The notes under the pieces: generated by a model | The model's input: the letters and a program-made list of their open reading frames with translations, nothing else | Databases searched by the model: none | What the model was told of the DNA's origin: nothing | Translations under genes and position numbers: made by a program | Assembly (NCBI RefSeq): GCF_006345805.1 | Contig: NC_043002.1 | Location: 39,804,001-39,868,000 of the forward strand | Direction of reading: 5' to 3' | Origin: Octopus sinensis | Lineage: Eukaryota | DNA: 64,000 nt | In this document: in pieces, positions 38,120-49,291 of the stretch | Layout: each line of letters starts with the position of its first letter | How positions within the stretch are numbered: the stretch's first letter is position 1

Positions 38120-38794
38120 CATTATTATTTTATATATATATGTGTGCATGTGCATTTTATTAATATTTAGCCAAAGTAACAGAGTGATGCAAAGGCTGGA
38201 AGTGGTGGTAGCGGCGATGGCAAAGATGGTGGTGGTGGTGGTGGTGGTGTTAGTAGTGGTGGCAGTGATGGTGCCGACAACGACAACGACGACGATAACG
38301 ATGATGATGATAATGATGATACTTGGAAATATGGTACCCAAGATTTCCAGATATGCTATTAATACACTAGTGCATTATTTCTATTATTTTAGGATGTCTG
38401 CACTGCTTCAAACATATGGTATTTATTTTTACAACATGTTAAGTTTACTTTAATGCTCACTATCACATCTCACACCCTGCTTAGACTACAAATACACCAC
38501 AGATAAACAAGATTGCTTATATAGTCTCACTTCCTTTACTCTTTAATGCTAATTAAAAAATGATTATTTGTGTGTAGTTATTGGAAAAAAAATATATATA
38601 TATTTGATATGTATGTGTATGTGTGTGTATATGTGTGCTTATATGTTCTGTGTTTATGTTTACTAGTGTGAACCAGTGTCGAGTCACTTTCTTTTATGTT
38701 AAAACTGTGACCTAGTAGTTTGGTACATAGAGATTGATAAAATATGTGCCAGACTGAAAAATGCATTAAGGTCATTTTGATTGACCAAAAACCT

Positions 38795-39060
38795 TGAAGA
38801 CATCGGTAAAACATTCCAGAAGTTTATCATTTAAATATATACGAACATGTCTAGATATGCAACTAAATGCCTGAGAATACATACATAAAGCAAAACATAC
38901 AAATCTGCTCATAAATACATGCATGCATACATACATACAAAAATATTCTGTTGTTGATGTGGAAATTCCAATGATGGAGCCTTGGATCTAGGTTAGAAAC
39001 CAGTTCTTTCTCTGTTGGCAAGAAATCTTGAAATAAGCTAAATAATGACATACATACATA
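38795..39060 (+). mobile_element. 3' UTR of the RLE-type LINE, ending in (TACA)n
   Basis: Reverse complement of about 13615-13870. Ends aataatgaCATACATACATAC. Confidence 0.8.
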
Positions 39061-39117
39061 CGTACATACATACATACATACACACATACATACATACATA
39101 TATACATACATTTTCAA

Positions 39118-39310
39118 TATGTGACCGCGTGTGTATTGTTGGCGATTTTCTTTCTCCGTCTTCCCTTCCTTGGACCTTCTGATGAAGAGCTCCACTTGAA
39201 ACGTTAAATCATCCTTCTTTCTTTCCTTTCCTGTGCGTCTAATAACACTATACTTGTTCCATGTCCTCGCGTTGTTGTGTTTTCTCTTTGTTCATGTTTG
39301 GATTAACTAT
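39118..39310 (+). mobile_element. Short element H1 with hammerhead-like motif (CTGATGA core) at 39176-39209
   Basis: Homologous to 27770-27965 and embedded in (TACA)n. Confidence 0.6.
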
Positions 39311-40049
39311 ACATACATACATACATACATACATACATACATACAAACATACATACATACATACATACATACATACATACATACATACATACATACATAC
39401 ATACATACATGAATACAAGAAGTCAAACAGAAACAATGTGTGTATTTTCATTGGTATACTGACCCTCCCAAGGCACAACAAAATCTGTTTCAACACAGTT
39501 TCACATAAAGAATCTTGCAAACCAACTACAAAAATATGATATTAGTACAATATTGTCTGACTATTGTCTGATGATGTTGCTGAATGACAGGCATGGACAC
39601 TCTGCTGGTGTGTTCACTAATTTTGTTTGATAACAGGCATTTTGCCCTACCTGATTGTGAGGCTGGGGCTTTGGTAAGTTTAAAAAGATGTTTTCTGGAA
39701 TTACATGCCTTAAATCAGGATGTATCTTTCAAAATGCAGTATCTACCATGCTGCAGAATATGGTGTGTTGGTATATACATACATTTACACACATTCCCAC
39801 ATACTCAACATACACTCATACGCACATGCATAATTCGATTGTGAAGTCTGGTTTAAATACAGGTTGAAACTGAAGCCTTAAGAATGAAAGAGAAGGATCA
39901 TTTGTACCTTATATGTCATAATTCTAAACAAAAATATTACCTGAGAATTTCTCATTTTTCATTCCCAACAACAAACAATAAGTTCGTATACGTACATGTG
40001 AGAATATAATTTAAAGTATTAAGCATAATTGTGTTGGTGTATACATATA

Positions 40050-40059
40050 TACAAAACTC

Positions 40060-40090
<31 letters not shown>

Positions 40091-40341
40091 CATACATACA
40101 TACATGCATACATACATACATACATAACATACAAACATACATATACAAGCACATACATACATACATACATACATACATACATACATACATACATACATAC
40201 ATACATACATACATACATACATACAAACATACATATACAAGCACATACATACATACATACATACATACATACATACATACATACATACAAACATACATAT
40301 ACAAGCACATACATACATACATACATACATACATACATACA

Positions 40342-40373
<32 letters not shown>

Positions 40374-40395
40374 CAAGCACATACATACATACAAA
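40050..40395. repeat. (TACA)n array with periodic aaacatacatatacaagca interruptions
   Basis: Visible. Confidence 0.9.
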
Positions 40396-41067
40396 TAATC
40401 ATGATATCTGGGATTATAAAAATCTACAAGACCTTCTTAGGATTTAAAAGATGACGATTAAATCAAGATACTTTCCTCCACAACCTTGCCACCAAGCCAG
40501 TAGTTGGTCGAAATTTACTCTAAATCACAAAGAGAAAGAGAAAACATGCATTCGTGCATACATTCATGCATACACATATACTAACATAGTTCCCATCATG
40601 TTAACTAGACTAGCAAGTCAATGACTGCATAAATAATTCTTATCTACCTTAAAGAAAATTGAATTTTAATATAGCAAGCACAAAAGGATTTTTTTCCTCT
40701 GTTATTATGTTAAAACAGCATTGTAAATACAAATTGTGTGAAACACATGCTGTTTGAGGAGGAAGTAATTACAAGAAACACGTGATCTACCAGTGGCTTT
40801 TCTTTGTTTTATTACATTTAAATATAGCTTCTTGGGTAGATGTGATATGGGTTGACAGGGAAAGTGAGTTATGACATACAGGGCTAGATTAAGGACAAGT
40901 AATGCTCTAAACACAGGACAATGATGGGTAACCTTTGACCCCCTTGACACAGTAAGTGACAAGGCATTAAAACATTATAACTACTGCAAGTGAAATAATA
41001 GATTAAAACTTTAGTTTTCATTCAGGTCATCCTCCCCAAGGTCAAAACACTCAACTGTAACAAAGGT

Positions 41068-41243
41068 GCAAGCATGACTGTGAGGTTAAGAAGCTTGCTT
41101 TGCAACCACATGGGTTCAGGTTCAGTCCTACTGTTCGGCACCTTAGGCAAGTGTTATCTGCTACAGCCCTGGGCAGGCCAATGGCTTGTGAGTGGATTTG
41201 GTAGATGGAAACTTTGGCAGCCCATTGTGTGTGTGTGCGTGCA

Positions 41244-41280
<37 letters not shown>

Positions 41281-41645
41281 TTCAAACTTACAGAAAACAA
41301 AAGACAAAGACAGATGAAGGAACAACAATGCTCAGGAAGAATGGAAAAGTCTTCAACAGAAAGGATTGAGAGGGAAAAAAAACCAGATAAAGAACATACA
41401 AAAAACAGTGAGATAAAAAAAATGTGTAGGGATTAATGTGTGTGTGTGTATACATATGCAAATACATGTGTGCCTCTTTTGTGTTTGTTGCACCACAACC
41501 ACTGCTTGACAATCAGTGTTGGTTTGTTTATTTCCTGATAACTTAGCAGCTCAACAAACGAGAATAACGGAATAGGTACCAGACTTTAAAAAAATAAGTA
41601 TTGGAGACTATTTTATCAACTAAACTCTTCAAGGCAGTGCCCTAG
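41068..41645 (+). mobile_element. SINE family A with a degenerate H2 element inserted in its central (TG)n (about 41290-41440, minus)
   Basis: The 5' and 3' halves of family A flank a segment homologous to 24765-24920. Confidence 0.65.
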
Positions 41646-41711
41646 CATGGCCAACTACTTCAATTTTAATTTTATTTTATATGTATGTATATGTGTGTGT
41701 GTGTGTATCGA

Positions 41712-41960
41712 GGATATACAATCTGAAGAGGTCACATATGTCAGCACTGTTGAAGGGCCCCATCGCCAAATCAAAGGAGCTCCTGAGGTCAGATTACTTG
41801 ACCCATCCTGAACCTTTTTTTGAACAGCACTGTCTTTCTGGCATGCATAATGACTTCTATATCTCTGCCGTTAATGTCAGTGAAGTCCCTAGCGAATGAA
41901 AGCACCTTGGCCAGTAGACCTTTTGATATAGATAGGTAAAAAGCGACTATATCAAACTGG
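41712..41960 (-). pseudogene. Penelope-like reverse transcriptase fragment
   Basis: QFDIVAFYLSISKGLLAKVLSFARDFTDINGRDIEVIMHARKTVLF / GWVK*...FDLAMGPFNSADICDLFRLYIL resembles the PLE RT motifs FDIxxFYPSI and FDVxMGSxDGAExCEL. Confidence 0.75.
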
Positions 41961-42092
41961 GCGATCTTCTCAAGAACTTCATATCACCAGACATCTTGGT
42001 TCATTCTCATTTCCCCTGTGAGGCCCAACATCCTGAGATTGGTCCTTACCACTTCATCCCACGTCTTCCAGAGTCCCCCCATTCCACAGGTA
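41960..42092 (-). mobile_element. RTE LINE ORF end fragment
   Basis: KTWDEVVRTNLRMLGLTGEM...VLEK. Confidence 0.7.
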
Positions 42093-42112
42093 CCACATAT
42101 ATATATATATAC

Positions 42113-42363
42113 TCGCATATGACTGTTATTTGAAAGGACCAATCAAACAAGTCCATTTTTAAAGGTGTAATGTTTATACTAGTCTTGATAGAATTGTCAT
42201 ATCGGTTCTATTTTAACAAAACTGTCCGACGAACGGGGATGTGAAACTCCGAGTAACAGGTTTTGTTGAATTTCTGCTGCTTTTAAATAAAGCATATTAC
42301 TCCACCCCCGGTATTTGAGTACTCTTTTTTCCACCTTGTTTCACATTTATGTGTTTACTCCGG
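42113..42363 (+). mobile_element. ~250-nt element inserted in (TA)n, carrying a type I hammerhead fold
   Basis: (TA)n on both sides, hammerhead fold at 42212-42270, AATAAA at about 42286. Confidence 0.6.
42212..42270 (+). ncRNA. Candidate type I hammerhead ribozyme (U4C core variant), predicted cleavage after GUA at 42255
   Basis: TTT-AACAAAA-CTGT-CCGACGA-ACG-GGGA-TGT-GAAA-CT-CCG-AG-T-A-ACAG-G-TTTTGTT-GAA. Stem I is 11-14 bp with a 1-nt bulge, stem II is 3 bp with a GNRA loop, stem III is 3 bp. Confidence 0.7.
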
Positions 42364-42377
42364 TATATATATATATA

Positions 42378-42550
<173 letters not shown>

Positions 42551-43114
42551 TGTGTGCATGTGTGTGTGTGTGTGTGTGTGTGTATTTATACACGTATACT
42601 TCATATTTGAGGGTCTGATGAAACTAAGGGGTTGCTCAGGCACTCAACTATGAGTTCACAGTATTTTATTGTGGAGACAGCTGTAAGCCAATGAAGTTCA
42701 TAAGATAATTGGTTATTCCTTTGTCATCTCCTTTCTTGTGTGTGTTTGTGTGTGTGTGGAGATGTAGATATATATACTGGAAATAGTATGGAAAAATACA
42801 GATTAAAAGAGCAATGATGACGATGATGATGATGATGATGGTGGTGGTGGTATTCATGTATGTGTACATGTGTGTGGTGTTTGGGAAGATTTCATTAAAA
42901 ATAAATCAAACAGATATTTGTTTTTCACACCAATATATAAATAGAGTCACAAGCCAACAAAAGAACTTGTACACAATTGCACAACTGCACAAAATATATT
43001 TAAGACATCCAGTAGTCTTGCAGAGTATGGAGGGTACTAATGGAGGAGAACAATGATGAAGAGTGCTTCACTCAGAGAAATTTGTTATCTGCCTGGATAT
43101 TATATCCCTCCTCT

Positions 43115-43153
<39 letters not shown>

Positions 43154-43629
43154 ATGGTAATGCTTTAATGAGTAGAAAAGTACTTGATCAGCAAAGAGAA
43201 TAAAGACAATCTTACAATTAAAAAAGAACCACAAATCTCGTAAATAGAGCTACCCAGGGTTTTCTAGTTGAAATCATAATTTATTTCACCATTTATCAAG
43301 CTGAAAACAAGACCGTTTGTCAGTTGTCTTTTGAAACATTATCTACTCAAAGGACAACTGACAAACAGTCTTGTTTTCAACTTGATAAATGGCAGAATAA
43401 ATTATTATTTTGACCAGGAAACTCTGGGTGGTTGCATTTACATGATTTGTGGTTTTTTTATAAGATTATATATATATATTTGCATATATGTGTGTGTATA
43501 TGTATATGTATGTGTAGGTATATGTTCATATATGCAGGCACATGCAAAATGCACACGTGCACACACACTCATTGTTTTAAAAATATTACTTTAAAATTTT
43601 GCCTAAGCAACAATGCAGTTTCATGAAGT

Positions 43630-44045
43630 AGGCACAGGAGTGGTTGTGTGGTAAGTTGCTTGCTTACCAACCACATGGTTCCGGGTTCAGTCCCACTGTG
43701 TGGCATCTTGGGCAAGTGTCTTCTGCTATAGCCTTGGGCCGACCAATGCCTTGAGTGGATTTGGTAGACGGAAACTGAAAGAAGCCTGTCGTATATATGT
43801 ATATATATATATATGTATGTATGCGTGTGTATATGTTTGTGTGTCTGTGTTTGTCCCCCTAGCATTGCTTGACAACCGATGCTGGTGTGTTTACGTCCCT
43901 GTAACTTAGCGGTTCGGCAAAAGAGACTGACAGAATAAGTACTGGGCTTACAAAGAATAAGTCCCGGGGTAGATTTGCTCGACTAAAGGCGGTGCTCCAG
44001 CATGGCCACAGTCAAATGACTGAAACAAGTAAAAGAGTAAAGAGT
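43630..44045 (+). mobile_element. tRNA-derived SINE family A, well-preserved full-length copy
   Basis: aggcacaggagtggttgtgtggtaag...ggttccgggttcagtccc head and gagtaaaa tail. Confidence 0.9.
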
Positions 44046-44304
44046 AAGGAGAGAGTGGCCATGCAAGTAAGAAGTTTATGACATTTAGGGTATTCCCACG
44101 AGAACTAGAAATCATATGAGAAATGTGAGCATGAAACAGTTATGTTTTGCAAGTGTCACTCATAAAGTTTTTCTTTTAAAGAAAACATACAGATAAGCAT
44201 TTTCTCCGTAGCTTTCAATTAATATAAAAAAATGATTCAATGAAAGATATTTGAAACAAAAAAGAGCAAAACTAGCTGAATGATCAGAAACAAGTAACTC
44301 AGGT

Positions 44305-44697
44305 CAATGGAATTTGTAGTTTTGTGGTACCAGTGCCGGTGGCACATAAGAAAACCATCCGAACGTGTACCGCATCGACTGGCCTCCGTGCTGGTGGCAC
44401 GTAAAAAACACCATCCGAGCGTGGCCGTTCACCAGCCTCGTCTGGCACCTGTGTCGGTGGCACATAAAAAACACCATTCGCCAGCCTCGTCTGGCACCTG
44501 TGTCGGTGGCACATAAAAAGCACCCACTACACTCACGGAGTGGTTGGCATTAGGAAGGGCATCCAGCTGTAGAAACACTGCCAGATCTGACTGGCCTGGT
44601 GCAGCCTTCTGGCTTCCCAGACCCCAGTTGAACCGTCCAACCCATGCTAGCATGGAAAGTGGACGTTAAACGATGATGACGATGATGATGATGACAT
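44305..44697 (+). mobile_element. RTE LINE 3' tail with four hairpin units
   Basis: Four GTG(C/T)(C/T)GGTGGCAC units, then the common terminal segment and (GAT)n. Confidence 0.8.
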
Positions 44698-44795
44698 TTG
44701 ACAGATATTTGTCCTCATCTTGTTTGTTTGTTAACACAACACTTCAACTAATATACCCTTTCGAACCTGGGTTCTCATTCCTAAGCTATTTTTTA

Positions 44796-44828
<33 letters not shown>

Positions 44829-44839
44829 GATTATTCAGG

Positions 44840-44909
44840 TTACTGCCCAGAATCGAACTCGGAATCTTGAGGTTAGTAGCCAGCACTTTTAACCACTATG
44901 CCATATGCC
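44840..44909 (-). mobile_element. Isolated tRNA-like SINE head
   Basis: Reverse complement ggcatatggcatagtggttaaaagtgctggctactaacctcaagattccgagttcgattctgggc has A- and B-box-like motifs but an imperfect cloverleaf. Confidence 0.55.
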
Positions 44910-44999
44910 CATGGGTTAGGAGCCTTTCAGTTATAATCTATTAAAGAATACTCTACACTTACGTACTGAAATCTTAATTCCATTGCTTTTGATTAATCT

Positions 45000-45745
45000 A
45001 GAAACTAGAAGTAGCTAATAGCTTCTGCTACCTAGGCGACCAAGTCTGTAGTGAGGGTGGTTGCTTTGAGAGTGTAGCAGCTAGAATAAGAATAGCCAAG
45101 GCAAAGTTCAGGGAGCTCTTTCCTCTACTGGCAACAAAGGGCCTCTCGCTCAGGATGAAAGGTAGACTGTATGATGCATGTGTGTAAACTTCCATGCTAC
45201 ACAGCAGTGAAACACAGGCCATGACTGCTGAAGACAAACGTAGGCTTAAAAGAAATGAAGCTAGTATGATCAGCTGGATGTGTAATGTTAGTGTGCATAC
45301 AAGACAGAGTGTAAGCACCATGAAAGGAAAGTTGGGGATAAGAAACATCAAATGTGGTGTGCAAGAGAGACGACTGCACTGGTATGGTCATGTGTTATGT
45401 ATGGATGAGGACAGCTGTGTGAGGAAGTGCCACTCCCTAACTGTGGAAGGAACCTGTGGAAGAGGTACACCCAGGGATGAGGTGGTGAAGCATGACCTTC
45501 AAACACTGGGCCTCCCAGAGGCAATGACAGGTGACCGAGCCCTTTGGAGATATGCTGTGATTGAGAAGAACTGACAAATGAAGTGAGATCGCAGCCACAC
45601 ATGTCTGGCCCAGTTAAGAGTACCCCTGATGCATCAGGTGATATGATATGCTTGTGAAGACCTGTTAAGTCAAGTAAAACCAATATCATAGCTCTGGCCA
45701 GTGCCCCCTGACTGGCTCCCATGCCGGTGGCATGTAAAAAGCCTG
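45000..45745 (+). mobile_element. RTE LINE C-terminal fragment plus start of 3' UTR
   Basis: SFCYLGDQVCSEGGCFESVAARIR...KGRLYDACV...QERRLHWYGHV...VEGTCGRG. Confidence 0.88.
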
Positions 45746-46239
45746 ATCTTTCTTTCTTGGTTCAGCCATCGTCCATGCAACATCTATATTCCTCCCTGCG
45801 TCTGTGAAATCTTGTATCCCATAAGGCTTTATTTCCACACATGCCAGCTTAATTTAATTCATCCTTAGTCAAAAGACACCTGTTGTTATGTCCTGTTTTT
45901 TGGATTTGTGTAACAGTCTCTGTTTTTTTTTTCCGTCCATATTTTCATATACATTCACTGCTTTCTTCCAAGGAATCTAATGCACTTAGCTTAGTTTTTC
46001 CTTGGGGCTGGCAAGATTGGAGCAATCTTGAGTATAACCAGCTGAAATTGCAAAGATAATCTGGAACTCGACTGAGGAAAGAAAACTCCAAATGATCCAT
46101 CCTTGTTTTCTTTGTATCGTCTATCTGGATGTTTTGTTGTCCCTTTTTGTATCACCTAGTTGTCCAGATGTTTTGCGTTTTTGTCCCATTTTGTATTTTT
46201 TATATATATATACATATACATACATATATATATCAGAAA

Positions 46240-46592
46240 GCAGAATCAAAATTGAGGTCGATCAACATCAGTGGGAATTGCAGCTGTGGTTAAGTGAACC
46301 ATCCGTTCGTGTCCGCTGCCACCCTCGCCTCGCCCCGTGCCGGTGACACGTAAAAGCACCATCCGTTCGTGGCCGTTTGCCAGTCTATCTGGCACCTGTG
46401 CGGGTGGCACGTAAAAAGCACCCACTACACTCACGGAGTGGTTGGCGTTGGGAAGGGCATCCAGCCGTAGAAACACTGCCAGATCTGACCCGGCCTGATG
46501 AAGCCTTCCAGCTTCACAGACCCCAGTTGAACCATCCAACCCATGCTAGCATGGAAGGCGGACGCTAAATGATGATGATGATGATGATGATA
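46240..46592 (+). mobile_element. RTE LINE 3' tail
   Basis: Shared tail ending in (GAT)n, with CpG-rich, young-looking sequence. Confidence 0.8.
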
Positions 46593-46626
46593 TATATATA
46601 CATACATACATATATATAACATATAT

Positions 46627-46674
<48 letters not shown>

Positions 46675-46687
46675 CATATATATATAC

Positions 46688-46724
<37 letters not shown>

Positions 46725-46725
46725 C

Positions 46726-46892
46726 ATACTAAATAATTAGGGTTCAGCAACGATTAAAAAGTCTTGGCTATTCCTTCTACTTTAAAGGGATCTCCCTTTA
46801 AAGTAGAAGGAATAGCCAAGACTTTTTGACTGCTATTTCTAAATTCGGTGTGTGGTGAGGCAAATCATTGCTGAACCCTAATTATTTAGTAT
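46726..46892. repeat. Nested palindrome: 35-bp perfect inner arms and 30-bp outer arms
   Basis: 46756-46790 / 46793-46827 are perfect. 46726-46755 / 46863-46892 have one mismatch. Confidence 0.9.
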
Positions 46893-47269
46893 TACTTAAA
46901 CTTACCATGACTTGGTCTTTTACATGCCAAATTCTACTTGGTGAAATTACTGATTACTTCTTAATTAATTGATTTCACCCTTTGTTATTATTGATATATA
47001 TATACATATATATATACATACACACACACATATATATATACACATATAGATAGATAGATATGTAAATATATATATGTGTGTGTATATATGTACATATATA
47101 TACACATACATTATGTATATTCACACATGCGTGTGCACACATACATACATACATATAAACATATATACAGGATGCATCAACTACTACAGTGCAACATTTT
47201 AACTAACAATTTAAGGAAAATAAAAATATCCATAAGAAAAACCAATATACTTTTTATAAAATTTGGTAC

Positions 47270-47505
47270 TCTATTTCTTTACTACCCACAAGGGGCTAAA
47301 CACAGAGGGGACAAACAAGGACAGACAAAACGGTTTAAGTCGATTACATCGACCCCAGTGCGTAAGTGGTACTTAATTTATCGACCCCGAAAGGATGAAA
47401 GGTAAAGTCGACCTCGGCGAAATTTGAACTCAGAACGTAACGGCAGAAGAAATACGACTACGCATTTCGCCCGGTGTGCTAACGTTTCTGCCAGCTCGCC
47501 GCCTT
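47270..47505 (-). mobile_element. SINE family B, young full-length copy
   Basis: Reverse complement aaggcggcgagctggcagaaacgttagcacaccgggcgaaatgcg...gttctgagttcaaatttcgccgaggtcgac; CpGs are retained. Confidence 0.9.
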
Positions 47506-48025
47506 TAATTTGGTGCTCATATATTCGCATACACATGCCATAAGGCTATTCACTTCCATCAGCCTTGATGTAGATTCTGAGATGGCTAAATGCATTGATA
47601 AGCTGATCTTTATGTTGGCCATATCCTCCCTAACTGCAGTCATCATGTCCTTGATATTGCAGGCAAGCTTGTTTATTAAATGTCATGATGTAGAATTTCT
47701 AGATAACTAAATGTTTTGATGTAAAATTTCTATGTTTATTGTTTTGTTTTTTTCCTTACCTACTGACGTCATCATAACTTTAAATAATAAACTGGCATGT
47801 CTTAGAATGTTATTTTTCTTCTTAACATTCTTTTTGTATGTATTCATTTATTAGCAACATTATCTCAGTTCACTTTGAATTTAGCCTATTTTGGATAACC
47901 TTACAGTGTGTGATGTCAGGGTTATCCATTTTAGGTGGTAACGTTGATTTAACGATACACTATAATTTAGTCAGTACAACACGATAATTTAGTCAGTACA
48001 AGAAAATTGAAATTCATGAGACACT

Positions 48026-48400
48026 TGTAGTAAACCATAACTTTTATTACTGGAGGTAATGCGTTAACATACAAAGTTAATTGAAGGAAAGCTTATAACA
48101 TTACATGAATATGTTCTGTTTGCAGTCATATGTCTCCAAGTAAGTGAGGTGAATGTGTGCACAAGTGGGTGTAAAGTATGGCAGCTTGACTCAATGCCAG
48201 CCTAAGGTTAGACAGACACAGAGTGGCGCGAATTTAGAATTTCCTTCCTTAATATAAGGGATGAACCAGAAGTCCTTGATTTCCATGTAAACCAGAAGCT
48301 TCCAGAAAGCTCTTGAACATTCTAGAAGCATGAGGGAGATTATTCTCATAAAATCCTTTTACCATTTTGCTTCCTATTGTAGCCACCAGGGTTCACTACA
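48026..48400 (-). mobile_element. Possible solo LTR (375 bp)
   Basis: Termini TGTAGT...ACTACA. TATA-like and AATAAA motifs on the minus strand. No clean TSD. Confidence 0.4.
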
Positions 48401-48619
48401 ACCTTGATAGTTTTGTATTAACATAGATTTTCTGATGTATTGATTTGATTGGTATTTTGTACCTTTTTCCCCCCCACTACATCTAAATATGCTGGCACAA
48501 TAGAAATAATCATCAGCAATGAATGGTGTAATCATCAAATAAAAATGGGATTTTCTTCATTCTTGTTCATGTTGTTACATATATAACATATATATATATA
48601 TATATATACATAGGCACGT

Positions 48620-48990
48620 GTATGTGCCTATGTTTGTGTGGTTCACCACATGGTTCCAGGTTCAGCACCTTGGGCAAGTGTCTGCTACTACAGCTTTGGA
48701 CCAACCAAAGCCTTGTGAGTGGATGTGGGTGACGGAAACTGAAAGAAGCCCATCACATATGTATGTGTCTGTCTTTGTGTCTTTGCTTGTGCCCCCATCC
48801 CCTCTTGACAGCCGGTGTTGGTGTGTTTACATCCCTGTAACTCAGTGGTTCAGCAAACGAGACCAGTAGAATAAGCAGTAGGCTTACAAAGAATAAGTCT
48901 TGGGGTCAATTTGTTCAACTAAAATCCTTGAAGGTAGTGCTCCAGCATGGCCACAGTCAAATGGCTGAAACAAGTAAAAGAATAAAAGAA
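48620..48990 (+). mobile_element. tRNA-derived SINE family A
   Basis: Collinear with the other copies. Confidence 0.8.
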
Positions 48991-49257
48991 TATATATATA
49001 TATAAGAATTGAGGACCAAAATCCTTCAAAGGGATTTCAAACACGGATTGTGCCGGCAGACTTGGATAAAAAAGAATGTATATTGGTTCTGTATCAACCT
49101 GGATTATGAATTAAAGTTTGTCTACACTTAAAGTTTTTCCTTTCCTTATACTTCATTTATATATATATATATATAAATACATACATACATACATACATGC
49201 ATACATACATACATACATACATACATACATACATACATAAATACATAAATACATACA

Positions 49258-49291
<34 letters not shown>

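Noticed and set aside
42617-42645. CTGATGA-AAC-TAAGGG-GTT
   Set aside because: No GAAA follows stem II; probably chance.
44840-44909. tRNA gene
   Set aside because: The acceptor and anticodon stems do not pair properly; treated as a SINE head. tRNAscan-SE would settle it.
48995-49130. IVPAD-like PLE RT N-terminal fragment
   Set aside because: The match is too short to support.
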